A stretch of 64,000 nt of DNA from the NCBI GenBank assembly GCA_028534125.1, contig CM052817.1, forward strand, positions 68,636,001 to 68,700,000. Direction: 5' to 3'. Shown here piece after piece: positions 28,746 through 43,605 of this stretch. The notes beneath the pieces were generated by a model that was not told the DNA's origin, did no database searches, and saw only the letters and a list, made by a program, of their open reading frames with translations. The stretch comes from Lama glama (lineage: Eukaryota). How positions within the stretch are numbered: the stretch's first letter is position 1; each line of letters begins with the position of its first letter. Both the position numbers and the translations under genes were made by a program.

Positions 28746-29261
28746 ACATATATTCCCCATTTCAAATCCAGCTTCCCCTTCTTCTAACTCTAGCCATTAC
28801 TCCTGTGCTCAGGTCTTGTGCTCTCTCTCTCAGAATAATGTGCATGTAACTTCCCTAAAAACTTCAATTCAGAATGCATTTGACTGAAAAAGTGCATCTC
28901 TAATGGAAAATAACAGAGAGGTCAGCATTCTGCATCAACTTGTTTACATGGTCTCTGACCATCCTTTCTGTACATAGACACTGAAGTAGCTCCCTCTCCC
29001 CAATAAGAATTTTATTTTAATAAACAAAGGGTTTACTTTACTCATGACTATAATTGTGGAAAATAGCATATAATAAGTTTGAATTTAAACTTTATTAAAT
29101 TTTGATTTTTTTCTAAAGATAACTGGCAATTTGAGTGACTCAGAAAAATTTCTCTCATTAATAGTTAAACATACTTATAATTGTTGAAAGGATTAACATT
29201 GCTTAATAAAATCATTTCTCTTTTTAGAAATTGAGGTATAATTAATATGAAATTTAGCTAT

Positions 29262-29858
29262 GTGAGCAGGAAAAACTTCAGTACTTAACTGCATAAGTCA
29301 CCTGGGTATACATTCAATCACTAGCCTAGGTACTGCTGTGAAGGGGCTTTGCAGATAGAATTAGGCTGCTAATCAGGTAATCTTAAAATAGGCAGAGTAC
29401 CCTGAATTACCCAGGTGAGCCCAATGTAATTTCATGATCCCTTAAAGTAGAAAAAGCAAAGCAGAAGAGTCAGAGATTCAAAATATCAGAAGCTCTGGGC
29501 TTGCTGCCACTAGCTTTGAAGATAAAGAGATGAGGCCACAAGCCAGGGAATGGTGACGTTCTCAAGAATGATTCCTGGCCAACAGCCAGCAAGGAAACAG
29601 GGATCTCAGTCCTACAACTGCATAGTATTAAATTCTACCAACAGTGGGAATAAGCCTGGAAATGGATTCTCCTCTAGTGTCTCCAGAGAAAATGTAGCTC
29701 TGGCAACACCTTGATTTTGGCTTTTTCAGACCTGAAGTAGAGAAACCACTCAAGATCAACAGACTTCTGACCTACAGAACTATGAGATAATAAATTTGTG
29801 TTCTTTTAAGCTGCTAAATTTGTGGCAATATGTTACAGAAACAATAGAGAGTTAACAC
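29262..29858 (+). mobile_element. MaLR LTR (MLT1E-like)
   Basis: ggtactgctgtgaaggggctttgcagat...cttctgacctacagaactatgagataataaatttgtgttcttttaagctgctaaatttgtgg. Confidence 0.85.
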
Positions 29859-30094
29859 TTTGCTGATGAAGGAGAAGTCTTTACACAAACTTTAACTGAA
29901 AAAGACCAGTAACCATTAGTTTACAAAGTCACAGTATATTCATAACTTCATGTAGCTGGAAGTAGCTACAAAATCTACTTTAATACCTCCTCAAAAAGAA
30001 TCTCTCATCAGTCTCAAATCTTGTACATTCTCCCCAAAGGGCCATTTCCTAAATGGCACTCTGTGGTCTCCTTGGAATTATGCTCTTGAAATAC

Positions 30095-30550
30095 TCTAAC
30101 TGATAAGAGTGTTTTGCTCATTTGAGGCCTTGAATCATTCTAACTTATCTGGACAGTTTATGCAAACAGTGTGATTTATTTTGAACACCTGCTTTCCTTC
30201 TGAGTCTGCAGCTTCATTAATTGCAGTCAGTCACATAGGCACTATATGTCTTTGTGACAAACCCTCAGTAAAAACCCTCACTCCTAGGCTCAGGTGAGTT
30301 GCTCTAACAGGCAACATTTTGCACGTGTTGTCACAATTTGTTGCTGTAGGAATTAAACATCCTCTACAACTCTCCTGGGAGAGGACTCTGGAAAGATTGT
30401 TCCATATTTTGCCCCCTTGTTTTCTCTTTGCTGATTTTGCTTTGTACCTTTTGGCTGCAATAAAATGAGTATAATGTAACCATGAGTATAATGACATTTG
30501 AGTCCTGTGAGCGCTTCTATTGAATCACTAAAGCTTGGTGACCCCTGACA
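30095..30550 (+). mobile_element. MER21-like LTR (3' part)
   Basis: gacagtttatgcaaacagtgtgattt...gaacacctgctttccttctg...gagtcctgtgag...gacccctgaca. Confidence 0.75.
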
Positions 30551-30658
30551 CACAACCATTCCCACCATCTCAGCCACAGTGACTAATGCAAATGAGAACA
30601 CCAAATATGACACTTGCCGCAAGACTAAAAAATTTTCCTAAATTTTTACTAACCAAAT

Positions 30659-31045
30659 TGTGGTAAGCAGAATTCTAGGATGGTTTCCAAGATCCCTGCT
30701 TCCTGATGTACACCTTGCATAATCCCTCAAGACTATGAATACGATGGCTTTCACTCTCATGATGACATTATGTTTTACAGTGCAGTTGACCTTATCACAT
30801 GAGTCCTTGAAATCTGGATCTAGAGATTAGAGACAGAGGAAATAAGAGAGATTCCAGGCACGAGCAAGATGTGAAGTTAGGGATATTCTTCATTACTGGC
30901 TTTGGAGATGGAGAAGGACTCTGGAAGTTGAGAGCAGCCCCTCAATGATAGTAATCAAGGAAATACAGACTTCAGTCCTACAATCGCCAGGAACTAAATT
31001 CTGCCAATAGCCTGAATGAGCTTAGATGTGGATTCTTCCCACAGT
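30659..31045 (+). mobile_element. MaLR LTR (MLT1E-like), partial
   Basis: tgtggtaagcagaattctaggatgg...cagtcctacaatcgccaggaactaaattctgccaatagcctgaatgagctt. Confidence 0.8.
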
Positions 31046-31809
31046 CTTAAAAAAGAAATTGACAATTTGTTTCCTCTGATCATTCTATTTTAAAGAAAAT
31101 AAAATAGATTTATTTCCAAGAAAATAATAAACAAATTGCCAAAATAACATTCACATCATACTTTCACCAAAACTCATTTGTTTGGGAAATAAAATTATAA
31201 CACATGATTAAAAGAAACATAATAGGGAAACAGAATTCAAACTGTATAACTAAACTAAAAACATAATTAGTCTATTCAACGGTTAATTTATAACACATTA
31301 ATGACATGCAAACTCTTATGCTAACAACTTTAGGAGACAGAAAAATAAAAAAATTACTGTATGCACGTTAAGAATGTATAGTTAATTGAGCGAAGGTAAA
31401 CCATACCTTCCTTAAGTAAATAATTGCAGGTAAACAATTATACACTAGAGGGGGAAAAAACTTACAACTAGATAGATAAAATGTAATAAAAGGATTAGGA
31501 GAAGAAAAATACAATTTTTGCTTTGGTTCCATATTATGGTATAGAGGGAGACAGAGGTAACTGAATTACTTGAAGAAGAAGTGCTTATACATTGTGCCAA
31601 AGACTAGAGATACACTGTTGGGCATAAAGACAACTCGGTCTTCATGGGATATTTCAGTTCTCCAGCACTCAATTTCTTCAACCATATATTGGCAACAATA
31701 AAAACTACTTGAACAATTTAGACACTTTTTGGAAATAATTCAGAGAGTTAGACTGAAGTCAGATCTTTTGCTTGTAAAATACATTTTCTTCACAAACACA
31801 CACAAAATG

Positions 31810-32150
31810 GAGAGCCACCAAATGATTTTGAGTAGGGAATGGATGGATCTTTAAAAATAATAACATAGCTGCAGAAAGTAGGAGTTAACTGGAGAATGGA
31901 AAGACTAAAGGCAGGAAGACCAGTAAGGAGAATGTTGTAATGCAACAGTCAAGCTGTTTGTTAATAAAGGCCTGAATTAAAGAATACAGAAGACAGCAGA
32001 AGTATGAGAAATGTCAACAAGGTTGTATTAATAATACTTGATAGCCAATGGGACATAGGGTATAAGAGAGGGAGAAAGCTGAAGATAGCTGCAGGATTCC
32101 AAGCCTGAGTGAAGAGTATCTTTTTGGGGGTATTATTTCCATCTTTAAAC
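31810..32150. mobile_element. L2 LINE fragment
   Basis: gattttgagtagggaatg...ggcaggaagaccagtaaggagaatgttgtaat. Confidence 0.6.
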
Positions 32151-35063
32151 AAAAAAGGTAAAATAGGAAGAAAAATATACATCAATTATATAAACCTCAA
32201 AGTTACTTGACTCTACTACGAGAATTTCAAATTCATTTTGAAACTAGGGTCCTCAAAGTCAAAAAATGTATGAGAGCCTTAACTTCTACCATCAGGTTAT
32301 ATCGTAAAATAAGAATATCTAGTATCTTTTTCTGATGACTATGACCTGTGGCTCATCATCCAACTGTGGACCATATTTTAGAATGTGTCCAAAATCCTTT
32401 GGAGTATCCAACTCAGTGAGTACGCAATCTTTCAACAAGGGCAAGTAAAACTTACTCATCCGAGTAAGTCAGATTATATTTTCCATCAAGCTAGTGAACA
32501 GCTGCAGCCATAGCCTGCTTCCCATCAAAGTCTCCATGTATAACCTCTGCAGTGCTGATGGTTCTCTGGTACATTTTCAAAACCATAACCCTAAAAACAT
32601 ATGACAAACCAAATTTTATTAAAGAAACATGCCTGCACTACTCACCATGCCTTCACTTGCAAATTTAAGGACAACACAGGAACTTTACTGCAAGTGCCAA
32701 AACTCTGCTGAATATCTGTCTATGAACTACACTTGCTAGCACTTTTATAGATTAAGAAAAAGTACACACTGTGAACAACACAAACTGGAAATACTTTCCA
32801 AACAGCACCTAGACTTAGAAGGCAAACCATTTTCCTCATGCTTGCTCTAATAAGAGTGATGGAGGTGAATCTCTCTCTCTTTCTCTCTCTCTTTTTTTTT
32901 TAACATTATCTGGAATATATTTTAGAAAGGAGATGAAACTTAAATTTCTCCACTGTTCAGCATCTTGAATGTGGCTTTAGGGTAACAATTAAAGAGATTC
33001 ACAGGCACTAAATATGAGATGACTTCAAACAAATCTTCCAAATGCTGTACTTTTTTTTTGAAATGTACTGGTTACAGGAGTTTAATTGAATTCCATGCCT
33101 GTATGCTTCCAACAAATAATTTTGATCATTTAACTGAAACTGGAGAGAGATATGGGCAGGAGAGAACTCTGGCACAAGCAACATAAAAGCCACTGAAAAG
33201 AGAGCAGCATTCTCCAAAAACGAATTCCTCATATTCCAGCTTGAATAGACTCTAAAGAAAATGATGTGTTTTCTCTTTCAAACAGGGTTAGCAAACCACC
33301 ATCACAAATAACATCACTCTATAAAAGACTGACTCAATGATAGCTCCAGGTCATAGCACAAAATTATTATTTCTGATTTGGATAACATGAATTCTCAAAA
33401 GGGTTTTATGGCTATTAAATTCATAAAAAGAAATAACACAATTTTCCAGTATGATCTGAAACCTCAAGATAGTCTTAAGTTACAATACATTCGTAACATG
33501 AATTACTAATATAATGTATATATAGTACAATATTGCTTAGTTCAATGATACTAAGACTCTTCTCTAAGTTTCTAGTTTTTATTCCCCTACTCCATCCCAT
33601 CGATTTTAAGGAAGGAAGATGTAAAATTTTCTTTAAAACATAAATCCAGTAAGATATATACCTTAAGTGATGCTTAAGTTTGGACAATCAACTGCAAATG
33701 ACTACCAGACAACTGGCAGCTTACAGTTTTGCAACAGTTACAGACAGATGGACAACTGAAAATCATGGGTCTCAAATTGCAACCCTATATAAATAGATTT
33801 CCTGTTTACTTTGCATCAGCCTTTCTTACAGGTGCAGGGTGCTTACTTTTGGCAGTAGGGGAAAGAACTGATTTATAAGCCATAAGGACATCTTCTCACT
33901 TTCCATAAACAGGTTATAGAATTAATTAAAATTGCAGATGAAACCTGCCTGTTATTGGAGACTAATGTAATCCAAATATGTGGAAAGTCAAATAGTTCTC
34001 AACAAAGCTAATTCAGATGGATGGATCAGATAACAACTTGGAACTGAATCTAATGGAATTATTTTTACTCAAAGGCAGTAAGTGCTGGAAGTTATATTCC
34101 AAAATGAGTAAGGGAAATATTGAACTTAACTCTAGTACCAGAATGACTAAAAACAGTATTTTATTTACAAAAATATTTAAATATATATTACCTGAAAAAA
34201 TTAAAAAGACCCATAAAATTACTATACATTCTATTTTAAATAAATGAAAAAGATTATGAGAAAATGTAAATGGCATGAAAGACAACATGACATTTTCGTT
34301 TAATCCTATTGATGTTCCTCTACCTACTCAAAAATATGCTTCCATCTATGACATTTTATTCCCTGAAGACAGAAACAAAGGCTTTGAAGAAAGGTGTTTT
34401 TTTTTTTTACATCTTTACACTGTAAAGGCTACTGGTATTCACTGTTATGTGATTTATGATCTCTATAATAAGGATGAAGGATGACAAGCACAGAAAAGCT
34501 AAAACTTTTCATGAGCTAATGGATTTAATCTTATTGGCAGAGCAACTGCAATTCTATCCTTTCATAGTACAATTGAAAGTAAAAAAAAGTAAAGTGATGA
34601 AAATGGAAATTTGTCTTCTGAGTCACCAGCTTCTCTCTTCTTCAGTTCTTTTAGTAAGCAAAGGAAGGACATATATGGGTAGAGAGGGAAATGTGGAGAT
34701 CAGAAGGAACATCCTCCAGTTACTACTATCCTGATGCCAAGGAACTACTCTACTTGTGGCTTATGGAGTCCTCTGGAATGGCTGGGAGCACAAGGCCATG
34801 AGTAACGACATCACTTTACAGGATGCAGAGCAATACCAATCGTAGTACAGTTATGTCCTCTGGTACTTCTGGATATTCCCTTAATACTCTACCCTCTCTC
34901 CATAGTGTAAACTCCTTACTTTCTTATTTCCCAAGTACCCTAAATGAGTACTAAATAATTTTAGGAACTTTAGTAATTTTCCAGTTAGTGTTAATGTTGA
35001 TTTAGTATTTAATTCCTATTTTTTTCTTTATTTTTGAAGTACTTATATGATCTCCAAGACTTC

Positions 35064-35611
35064 TGTGACAACCATCCTCTAAGATGACCCGCAATGCCCC
35101 CAGACTCCTGAGATTCACATTCTTGTGTAGTCCTCTCCCACAATGAATAGAGTTAATGGCTGACCTCTGTATCCAATAAGATACAGCAGAAACGACAATG
35201 TGGGGTTCCTGAGGCTAGGTCATATAAGGCATTGCAACTTCCACTTTGCTTTCTTTCATCTCTCAGATTGCTCACTCACTCAGAGAGAAGCCAACCACCA
35301 TGTTGTGAGAATAGTTAAGAGGTCTGTGTCAAGGCCCTCAAGGTAGGGAGAAAATAAGCCTCCTGTCAATAACTGGCACCAAATGAGTGAGCTATCTTAG
35401 AAATAGCTCTTGTAGTCCCAGCCAAGCTTTCAGATGACTACAGTCTCAGCTGATATTCTCACTGCAGTGGCATGAGATACTGAGCTAAAACCACCCAACT
35501 AAACCATTCCTGAATTCCTGACCCAGGGAAATTATGTACATTGATAAATACTTATGGTTGTTTTAAGCTGCTAAGTGTTGAGGTAATTTGTTTAGTAACA
35601 ATATTTCATAC
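35064..35611 (+). mobile_element. MaLR LTR (MLT1F-like)
   Basis: tgtgacaaccatcctctaagatgacc...ttcagatgactacagtctcagctga...gttgttttaagctgctaagtgttgaggtaatttgtt. Confidence 0.85.
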
Positions 35612-35734
35612 TATTTCTTCCCACAGAAACAAAGAAATACAAACAAGTATGCTACTAGACAAAGCACCTTCATTAATAACATAATATTGTTGCTATATGA
35701 GAGGTTCACAACTCAAGCCAAGTAAATAACACAG

Positions 35735-36045
35735 AATTTTTTAAAAATTTGAAGTATAATTTACATAGGTGAAATGCACACTCTTAAGTGTATATGTCAG
35801 TGAATTTTGACAAATCTTGCAAGAACATTCACCATGTAAGTAATACCCTAATCAAGATGTAAAAATTTCCATTCCCCAGATAGTTCCCTCAAGGTTATTT
35901 TGAATCAGTTTTTGTATTGCCCTCTTTCCCAACCAGAGTCAAGCACTGTTTTTATATCTATCACTGCAGATGAGTTTTGATTCTTCTAGAACTTCATAGA
36001 AATAGAAGAATGTAATTTTTGTGTCTGACTTCTTTTGCTCACAGT
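35735..36045 (-). mobile_element. Old L1 3' end fragment
   Basis: tttgaagtataatttacataggtgaaatgcacactcttaagtgta...tgtgtctgacttcttttgctca. Confidence 0.75.
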
Positions 36046-37252
36046 TGGTTTTTAATCTTAATACAAATTTGATCCAGGGTGAATTAAAATAAAGTATTTT
36101 TTCATAGATAAAAATAATTATAGTTGGTTTTCAATTTCAATGTCACTAGCTTTCACAGAGAACTATTTTTTAGCCTCAATGGCTTATAAATTAAAGTGTA
36201 AATTTAAACTGATAAGCAAAGAGTAATATGCTCTTAAAAAATAAAATTGAAGACATGTGACATGCAAAAATTATAACTATAAAAATATATTTATTAAATA
36301 AGGTTCAAATATTTCTAAATATATAGAAAAGTCACTTTTATTACCACGGTCAGCTTAGACTTTTCTGAAAGAGCAAGTGAGACAATGGTGTACTTGGTAT
36401 CTGTATCTTTTATCCCAGAGATCACTTAAAACCAAATCATTTAAAGTAGCAAGGAAAGTACTTTTACTCAATTTATTTGTTTTGCTGCTATTAAATTACT
36501 ACCATTTAGTAAGATACACATTTTTCCTCCACTGAAAAAGATTTATTTTCATCTAGAATATAGCATTGATTAAAAAGTACTGACCAATAATAAGAATATT
36601 TCTTTAAACTAGAATGGATGATTACAAACCTATCAAGACCCATGGCAAGCATTTTTCACTGGTTTAGTACTTTATTCATTAAAGAATATTTTTCATGATT
36701 TTAAGATAATTTCAGAAAATCTGTGAAGAAGCTCATTTAATATATTTGTAATAAAGTTTAGACCAAACACTTTTCTTCCAAAAATGCCTGAGATAGAAAG
36801 TAAATTTCATGAGTCATTGAAATGATTGAACTTAAACTGTATCATTAGATTCCACCTGATATTATTTCTGTCTATTCTTCAACCTGGCCTTTACTTAATG
36901 CAGTTCACTGTGACCCTTGGAACACCAGTTCCTGTGAGAAGTTACCACGTACTTCTCTCAGGAAAATACTCTTAATCTCAGCTAGAGAAATGCTGAGTAC
37001 TACAAAGATTTCAAATTTTCATATACATCCCTGTTAGTAATTTTTTTGTCAAATACTTTGAAGAATGCCTACATCACAAAAGTTGAACACTGGGCAATAT
37101 CAATATCAATTTCTATGAGGTCTATGAATTAAATGTCCTAAAATAAAAATTTGCACCTGGATTTTATTATTAAGTAAGTAACAGAAGAAACTAAAACCCT
37201 GCAGTTTCTAGTTAAAATGCCTTTTTGTTTGCCAATTTCTGCTTTTCATTTA

Positions 37253-37393
<141 letters not shown>

Positions 37394-38899
37394 TTAATAA
37401 CAAAATAATATACCCCACTAAATATATTAACATATAATACAAATGATATTTTAAAAGAGCTTTCCAAATTCTGTATTAACTACATAACAACCAAATATAT
37501 AGAATAACAAGATAAACATGTAATAAAAAATACATTAAATACCAATTTCTTTTTATCTTTTGTTTTTCTCTAGAATTTCTCCCATGTGCATCAGGAAATA
37601 CAGCTGGAAAGGTTTACCTTTGGCAAAAAGAAGCGATCATTCCTCTCACACAGACTAGAAGGAAAGCTTGGATAAATACATAAAGAAATTTTGAGGTGAA
37701 GGAGAAATTGGGGGCTAGGGACAAACTGTCTTGACTGTCTGGTTCAACATGAGGCCTTTGAAACTGAGTTCAGAAACTTGAGAAAGTGAGTTCAGAAACA
37801 AGTCTGAATCATGACTATGGAGAAAAAAACAGAAAATCAACTTGGGATTGTTTGTAATATCATGGGACCTGCTGAGGTTAGTAATAATATAAAGTTTTGC
37901 TGTGCACAATCTATATTATGATGTAATTTTTATTTTCCAACAGATCAATTGTCTAAAAATAAGACAGCACAGTTTTGAAGGTCTACACATTTAAAAAAAT
38001 CTAATATAATCATCAGTTATCCATAGTGACTAACACACTGTCTGATACAGTAGTAGATCAACAAACTTTTTTTCTTTTTAAAAGAATAGGTGTAAGAGAA
38101 GTGAAAGAAAAGTACAACTGGGCTCATAAGTGATTGAGAATTTGATAAGGTTATTTCGGAAGAGATCAAGTTTTTAAAAGAAAATGGGGTACTATGAATA
38201 CCTTTGTAAAATGAGTTCTAAGCTAAGGAAGAAGGTTAACACAAAAGACAGATGGCCGACCAAGACAGGATACAGAAGTAAAGGTGCAAGGGGACTGGAA
38301 ATAGTGATAACTGCAAAGAATTTTGGTGAAAATGAAAAATGGCACAAGTAGGAAAATGAGAGCAGAAGATGGGAAAGGAGAGTAGCTGAGTAGCTGATCT
38401 AGTAAAAGGAATAACTCTCAGTAACAACTGGTTCAAGGTATGGTCTTGCCTGCTGGGAGCAGAGATGAAGGACAATGGTATACAGGCAATCATGTGACCT
38501 GTGAGGGTAGGATATTGATGGGTCACATCTTGGAAGCTGAAACTGTCTGAGGTGATGGCATTATACAGAATGATCTGAAACATAAAAATTAGGAACATTC
38601 TAAATGAAAGCTATCACTTTCAGGTAAAAAAACTCCAAGTAATCTAAACAAAAGCTTAAAAAAATTAAATTTGAAAGAACATTTAATGAGGGAAAAAAAA
38701 AGGAAAAGAGAATAGGAAAGAAAATCATGAGATAAAAGGTCTAGTTCTTTTATTCAGAAAAGAAATGAGCATGCAAAGTTGAATTCCAAGCAATTTGGTA
38801 CAACTGTGAAGTTCTAGAAAGAAAGAGGAAATAATAGTCAGAAAACCAAAATGGGAAGATGCACTCCTTTGCTTTCCATCTTACCACATTTTGTCAGTT

Positions 38900-40100
38900 T
38901 TCCTTACATTTATTTGGCTACCTCTCCTCAGTCGCCTTTGTAGACTGGTAACTCTTCTACCCAAATTTAAATGCTTCTAGTTCCTCCACCTATGATTCTA
39001 GGTCTTCAGACTGTGTTTTCTCCTTATTTACTCATAAGGTTGAAAAACTCTTAAATTTCATCTCAAGCCCGGGCTCTGTTCTGAACTCTAGGCTTTTACA
39101 GTCAATCTCTTACTTTAAAATAAAAATCATGTCAAACTCAACACAACTCAAACTGAATTTATAGTTTGCTCCTTAAGCCTATTCTGTTTAGTACTGTTTC
39201 AGTAAATGATACCACTATCCTGCCAGCTGCTTCAGCTACAAACTTAGAAGTAATCTCTCTCTCTCAAATCCAAACAAAAAGCCCTGCTATTTCTACCTTC
39301 CAAATGTTTGCAGAATCTGTAAAGTTTGCTCCATCTGCCAAAATCTGGGTCCACGCCAACATCACCTCTCATTAGATTACTACGAAAATCTCTTAACTGA
39401 TCTTCTCATATGAATTCTTATTCCCCTCCAACATTTTTTGTTATTTTGTCTGTCACTTGCCAACTCCCCGTTCACTGGTCTTCCTTTACTTTTCCTACCT
39501 TAAAGTACTAGCACATGGATTCTCATTGCCTAAAACCACCTTCCCCATTCCTTATTCTAGTTACCTCCTATCATGAAACATAGTGGTTAAGAGCACAGAC
39601 TATTCTGTCTGGGCTCAAATTCCAAATACAATACTCATCAGTTATGTGACCTTGGGGAAGTTCTGCTAACCTCTCTATGCCAATGGTTTCCTCTTCTGTA
39701 AAATGAAGAAAACAACAGTGCCTACCTCATAGAGCTGTTGTGAGGTTGATACGAGTTAATACATAATATAGACCTAGAACAGTGCCTGGTACATAGCAAT
39801 CCTTAAGTGTTAGTTATTATTATTCATTACTCAGTTAAATGTGATTTCCTCAAGGAACACTTTCCTAATTCCCCCAAATCAATTTGCTCCTCCTATAATC
39901 TAATCTATTCTGCACTGAACTTTTCTTTTGTAGCACTTTTTTCAATTCCCAGGGATCTTTATACATTTTTATCTGATGTCTTTGTTTTCCACTAGATAAT
40001 ACATTTCATGATGGCAGGAAGGTCTTGTTCAACATGTATTACCAGTTTTTAGAGCAGCACCTCAAACATATAAGCATCTAATTTAAAAATACTTGTTAAA
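38900..40100. mobile_element. L2 LINE 3' region interrupted by a MIR
   Basis: L2-type tcaaactcaacac...caaactgaatt and cactagat...catgatggcagg motifs either side of the MIR. Confidence 0.65.
39575..39828 (+). mobile_element. MIR SINE, near full length
   Basis: catagtggttaagagcacagact...tgtgaccttgggg...ctgtaaaatg...gtgcctacctcatagagctgttgtgagg...acagtgcctggtacatag. Confidence 0.9.
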
Positions 40101-41214
40101 TGAGTTAACTTGAGCAAAAACTCAATGTGGCCATTAGAAATGAATGTATCTCATATAATGATAGTCATTATGTAAATGGAAATCTGTCCAGTGTGGAAAA
40201 GTATCTGCCAGTGTTGTAAACTAGGCATAACAATACCTCAATAGCACTGATTTTAATGTAAAACAAAACCATCAGAAATTGTTAAAATGTATATACTCCA
40301 TTAATTAATAATTTTAAATTAGATATTCCTAAGTCTCCATATCTGTGAGAGTTTTCAAAGTGTTTGGCATTAGCCTAAAATTTGTCATGCTTAAAATGAT
40401 TTAGAAAAAAAAATTTAGCAGGCTTCTTTAGGAAACTCCTTCAAACTATCATAAACCAGAGTTTCCCAAAGCTTCAGGATCCTATGGAACTTTGAAGTAT
40501 TTTTTAAATACAGCAGAACCATAATCCTTGGCAGAATATCAATTATTCTCCCAGAGGTAATGGAGTATATGCCAAAACAAAGTTTCCAAAATGAAGCACT
40601 TTTTTCAAAAAATCATTAGAGCGTCTTCATCCTGAAACTCTGGACTGCTGTTTGAAAATAACTTCTGTTTGTTATTAAAAACAATATAGTTTCACAGAAT
40701 AAAATATGACAAAAATATTTGGGATCATACCATGCCAAATGAAAGTCAGCAATGTACTGGCATTATTTATAAAGAACAAATGTGATATCAAGATGAACTT
40801 TAAAGAGTAGAACACACAAGAATCATGAAATAATCTTTGTTCTAACAAATATTTGATGAATGCCAAGTGTCACTGAAGTATATGTATAGCCTGAATTGTA
40901 TGTTTCAATTCAAAGCTAAGAAATTGAAGAGAGTATAGTATTAAGCAAAACAGACAATAAAGTAGTGGAATGAGGAGAGGGACTAAAGAAAGATTAAAAA
41001 AAACTTTTCAACTTAGAGAGAGATAAATTGTGAATGTGTTAAGATAATATGAAAGGTTACTAGAATATAGTTACTGCATCATTCTCTTGTTATTCACAGA
41101 AAGAACTGAGACTAGTTCATCACCTTTTAAATAAAATATCTAAATAAATATTTATACAGTAAAACTGATAAAGAAAAATTCTGTACTTATAAAACAGTAC
41201 TGTTACTAGGTTAC

Positions 41215-41620
41215 TGTGATGGTTAGTTTTATGAGTCAGCATAGCTGGGCTACAGTCTCCAGTTATTCAAACACTAATCTAGGTGTTACTGTGAAAGCAT
41301 TTGATAAATGATTAAAATCTACAATTAGTTTACTTTATGTAAGGAAGATTATCCTAGATAATCTGGGTGATCCTGATTCAATCAGCTGTAAAGGCCTGAA
41401 GAGTAGAATGGAGTCTTCTCTAAAGAAGAAGAAACTGCACTTAGACTGTGACTTCAGCTCTTGTCTAAAACTTCAGCTTATCCTTCTTGGTGACCTGCCC
41501 TATGGATTTCAGATTTGCCTATTCAGCCCCCACAATCATCGAAACCAATTCCAAGCAATTAATCTAGCTAGCTAGCTATCTCCTACTCATCTATTTCTTT
41601 AATGGAACTCTAAGCTGATA
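41215..41620 (+). mobile_element. ERVL LTR (MLT2-like)
   Basis: tgtgatggttagttttatgagtcagc...aaacactaatctaggtgttactgtgaa...cctgccctatggatttcagatttgcc. Confidence 0.85.
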
Positions 41621-43419
41621 AAAACACTTGGGTTAAAATGTACATGCAGCTACAGATACAGAATAAATTATTTTATAGGTTCTTAACAATTGTATTATTC
41701 TCCACCTAAATTTCAAATCTGTTACTTAAAATAATATTGTTCTTGATCTCCCTAGCAATAACCCAAAACATTTCTGGGTAATCAATACCAAATAAAATGG
41801 AATGTATTACCATTTATTAATCCTTACTCTGCTTCTAAAACTGCTGAGATTTCAAGTTCAAAAGAAAAAGATAAAATTTAACTTAAATATTTTCATGCTT
41901 TATTAGCCTTTTTTCTTTTAAAGATATTTTACTCAACTTTTTTAATAAATCAAGTTCTCAAATTCTAAGGTGCACTATTCTTGAGATTAAATACATCATC
42001 CTGCTGAGTTAGCAAGAAACTAACATCATCTTGAATTAGTTTTGAATGATCTATAGGAAACAAGTGAAAGCCTGACTTCTGCGCTAACCTAATATGTGAA
42101 AACATAATGTTACTAAAGCAGACCATACCTCACATGTTACTCTAAGGAAGAAGGGGAAGGTGAGGTGGTGGGGGGCTGACAATGACAAGATGTGAGATAT
42201 CTGCATAGCAAGAACAGAATAAAGGTAGAAAAGGAACCAAAATCAAAATTCTTTGAGGAGACAATTAAGTAGAGTCCAAACCAAAATCATGTGCTATTAC
42301 ATCACTGAGAAATGTTATTGTTCACTAAGGAGATTGTTCAATAGAGCCTTTTCAAATTTTTCAAGCTAAATGCACTGGAAGTAACTGGGATGTTGTGGAA
42401 TAAACAGACCTTTATATCAACACTTATTCTAATTTAGTTTTTTACTCCTTATGCATATAACTTTTCAGGACAATAAACATTGCTGATAGTTAAAAAAAAG
42501 CAAATTCCCTAACTTTCTGACAGTCACTTATATTTTCATTCCAGCCAGCCAAATTTAAGATACAAAAATGTTATATACATCCATGACCTATGCTATCCTA
42601 GAAGAGAGGACCACTGAGATCTAAGAATAGGGCAAGCAGGGGAAACAGAGAACCAGCAACATGGTGGATGGGCCTAAAGGGACTACCCAGATGGTTGAGC
42701 CCACTTCAACACTTACAGAGTCTAACAGTACCTAAGGGGATCAGTTCCTGACACTGATAACTAAAAAGAAGGTTCCTATGCAAAGTTAGCAGTAGTGCTC
42801 CCCAGAGGGATTGTGTCATTAGGTTTCTCCTAGTTTAGTGTTTAAAAGGGCTCATTTACGTAAAGGGATGAAAAGAAGAAGCTCAAGAAATAGTTAGGAC
42901 TACTGAGTCAATTACTCCATGAAAAGAAAGTCTAGGCAAACTTGACAGAGGCAAGACCCCAGTTATGTGAAGTCATGCTCCAAATAGGCTTCCAGACACA
43001 GTGGAAAGACATAAGTAGCACTTCAGATATAAGAATGAAGAACTTTTAAGAACTGAATAAAATGATAAGAGTTTGGGAAGACGGGAAACACTCAAAATTT
43101 GCAGATGTAAAACAAGACTAATTACGGTCACCTGCTACAGATGATAATAAGGCTCTACTATATTGCCAAGTTTGGAGTGATCTGGGAACTAGGCCAACCC
43201 CCACAAGTGGAAATTCTTTAGAATTTGTAATTGGATGGTGGTGTTTGAGACATGTAGGGATTGACAGTATCTATCAATTATTTGGTTATATGAAAAACCC
43301 AAATGATTTCTATAACTTAGTTTAATGTCATGGAAACCATTTATCAAATAAAAACTTTCGCAAAAAGTTTTTTTGTTTTTTGTTTTTGTTGTAAACAACA
43401 ACAGCAGCAAATTTGCCAA

Positions 43420-43605
43420 AAAAAGTTCCTGGGTTACTTAATTGCTCTGTGCCTTAATTTTCTTATATGTAAAATGAGAAGAATAATAATATCTACCTGA
43501 TGGTAATGGTATAAGGATTAAGTTAATTACAAAAATATGTAAAGTACTTAGAATACTGCCTAATACATAATAAACACTCGATAAATATTAGTCATTAATA
43601 ATATT
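43420..43605 (+). mobile_element. MIR SINE fragment
   Basis: ttacttaattgctctgtgccttaattttcttatatgtaaaatgag...gtaaagtacttagaatactgcct. Confidence 0.75.
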
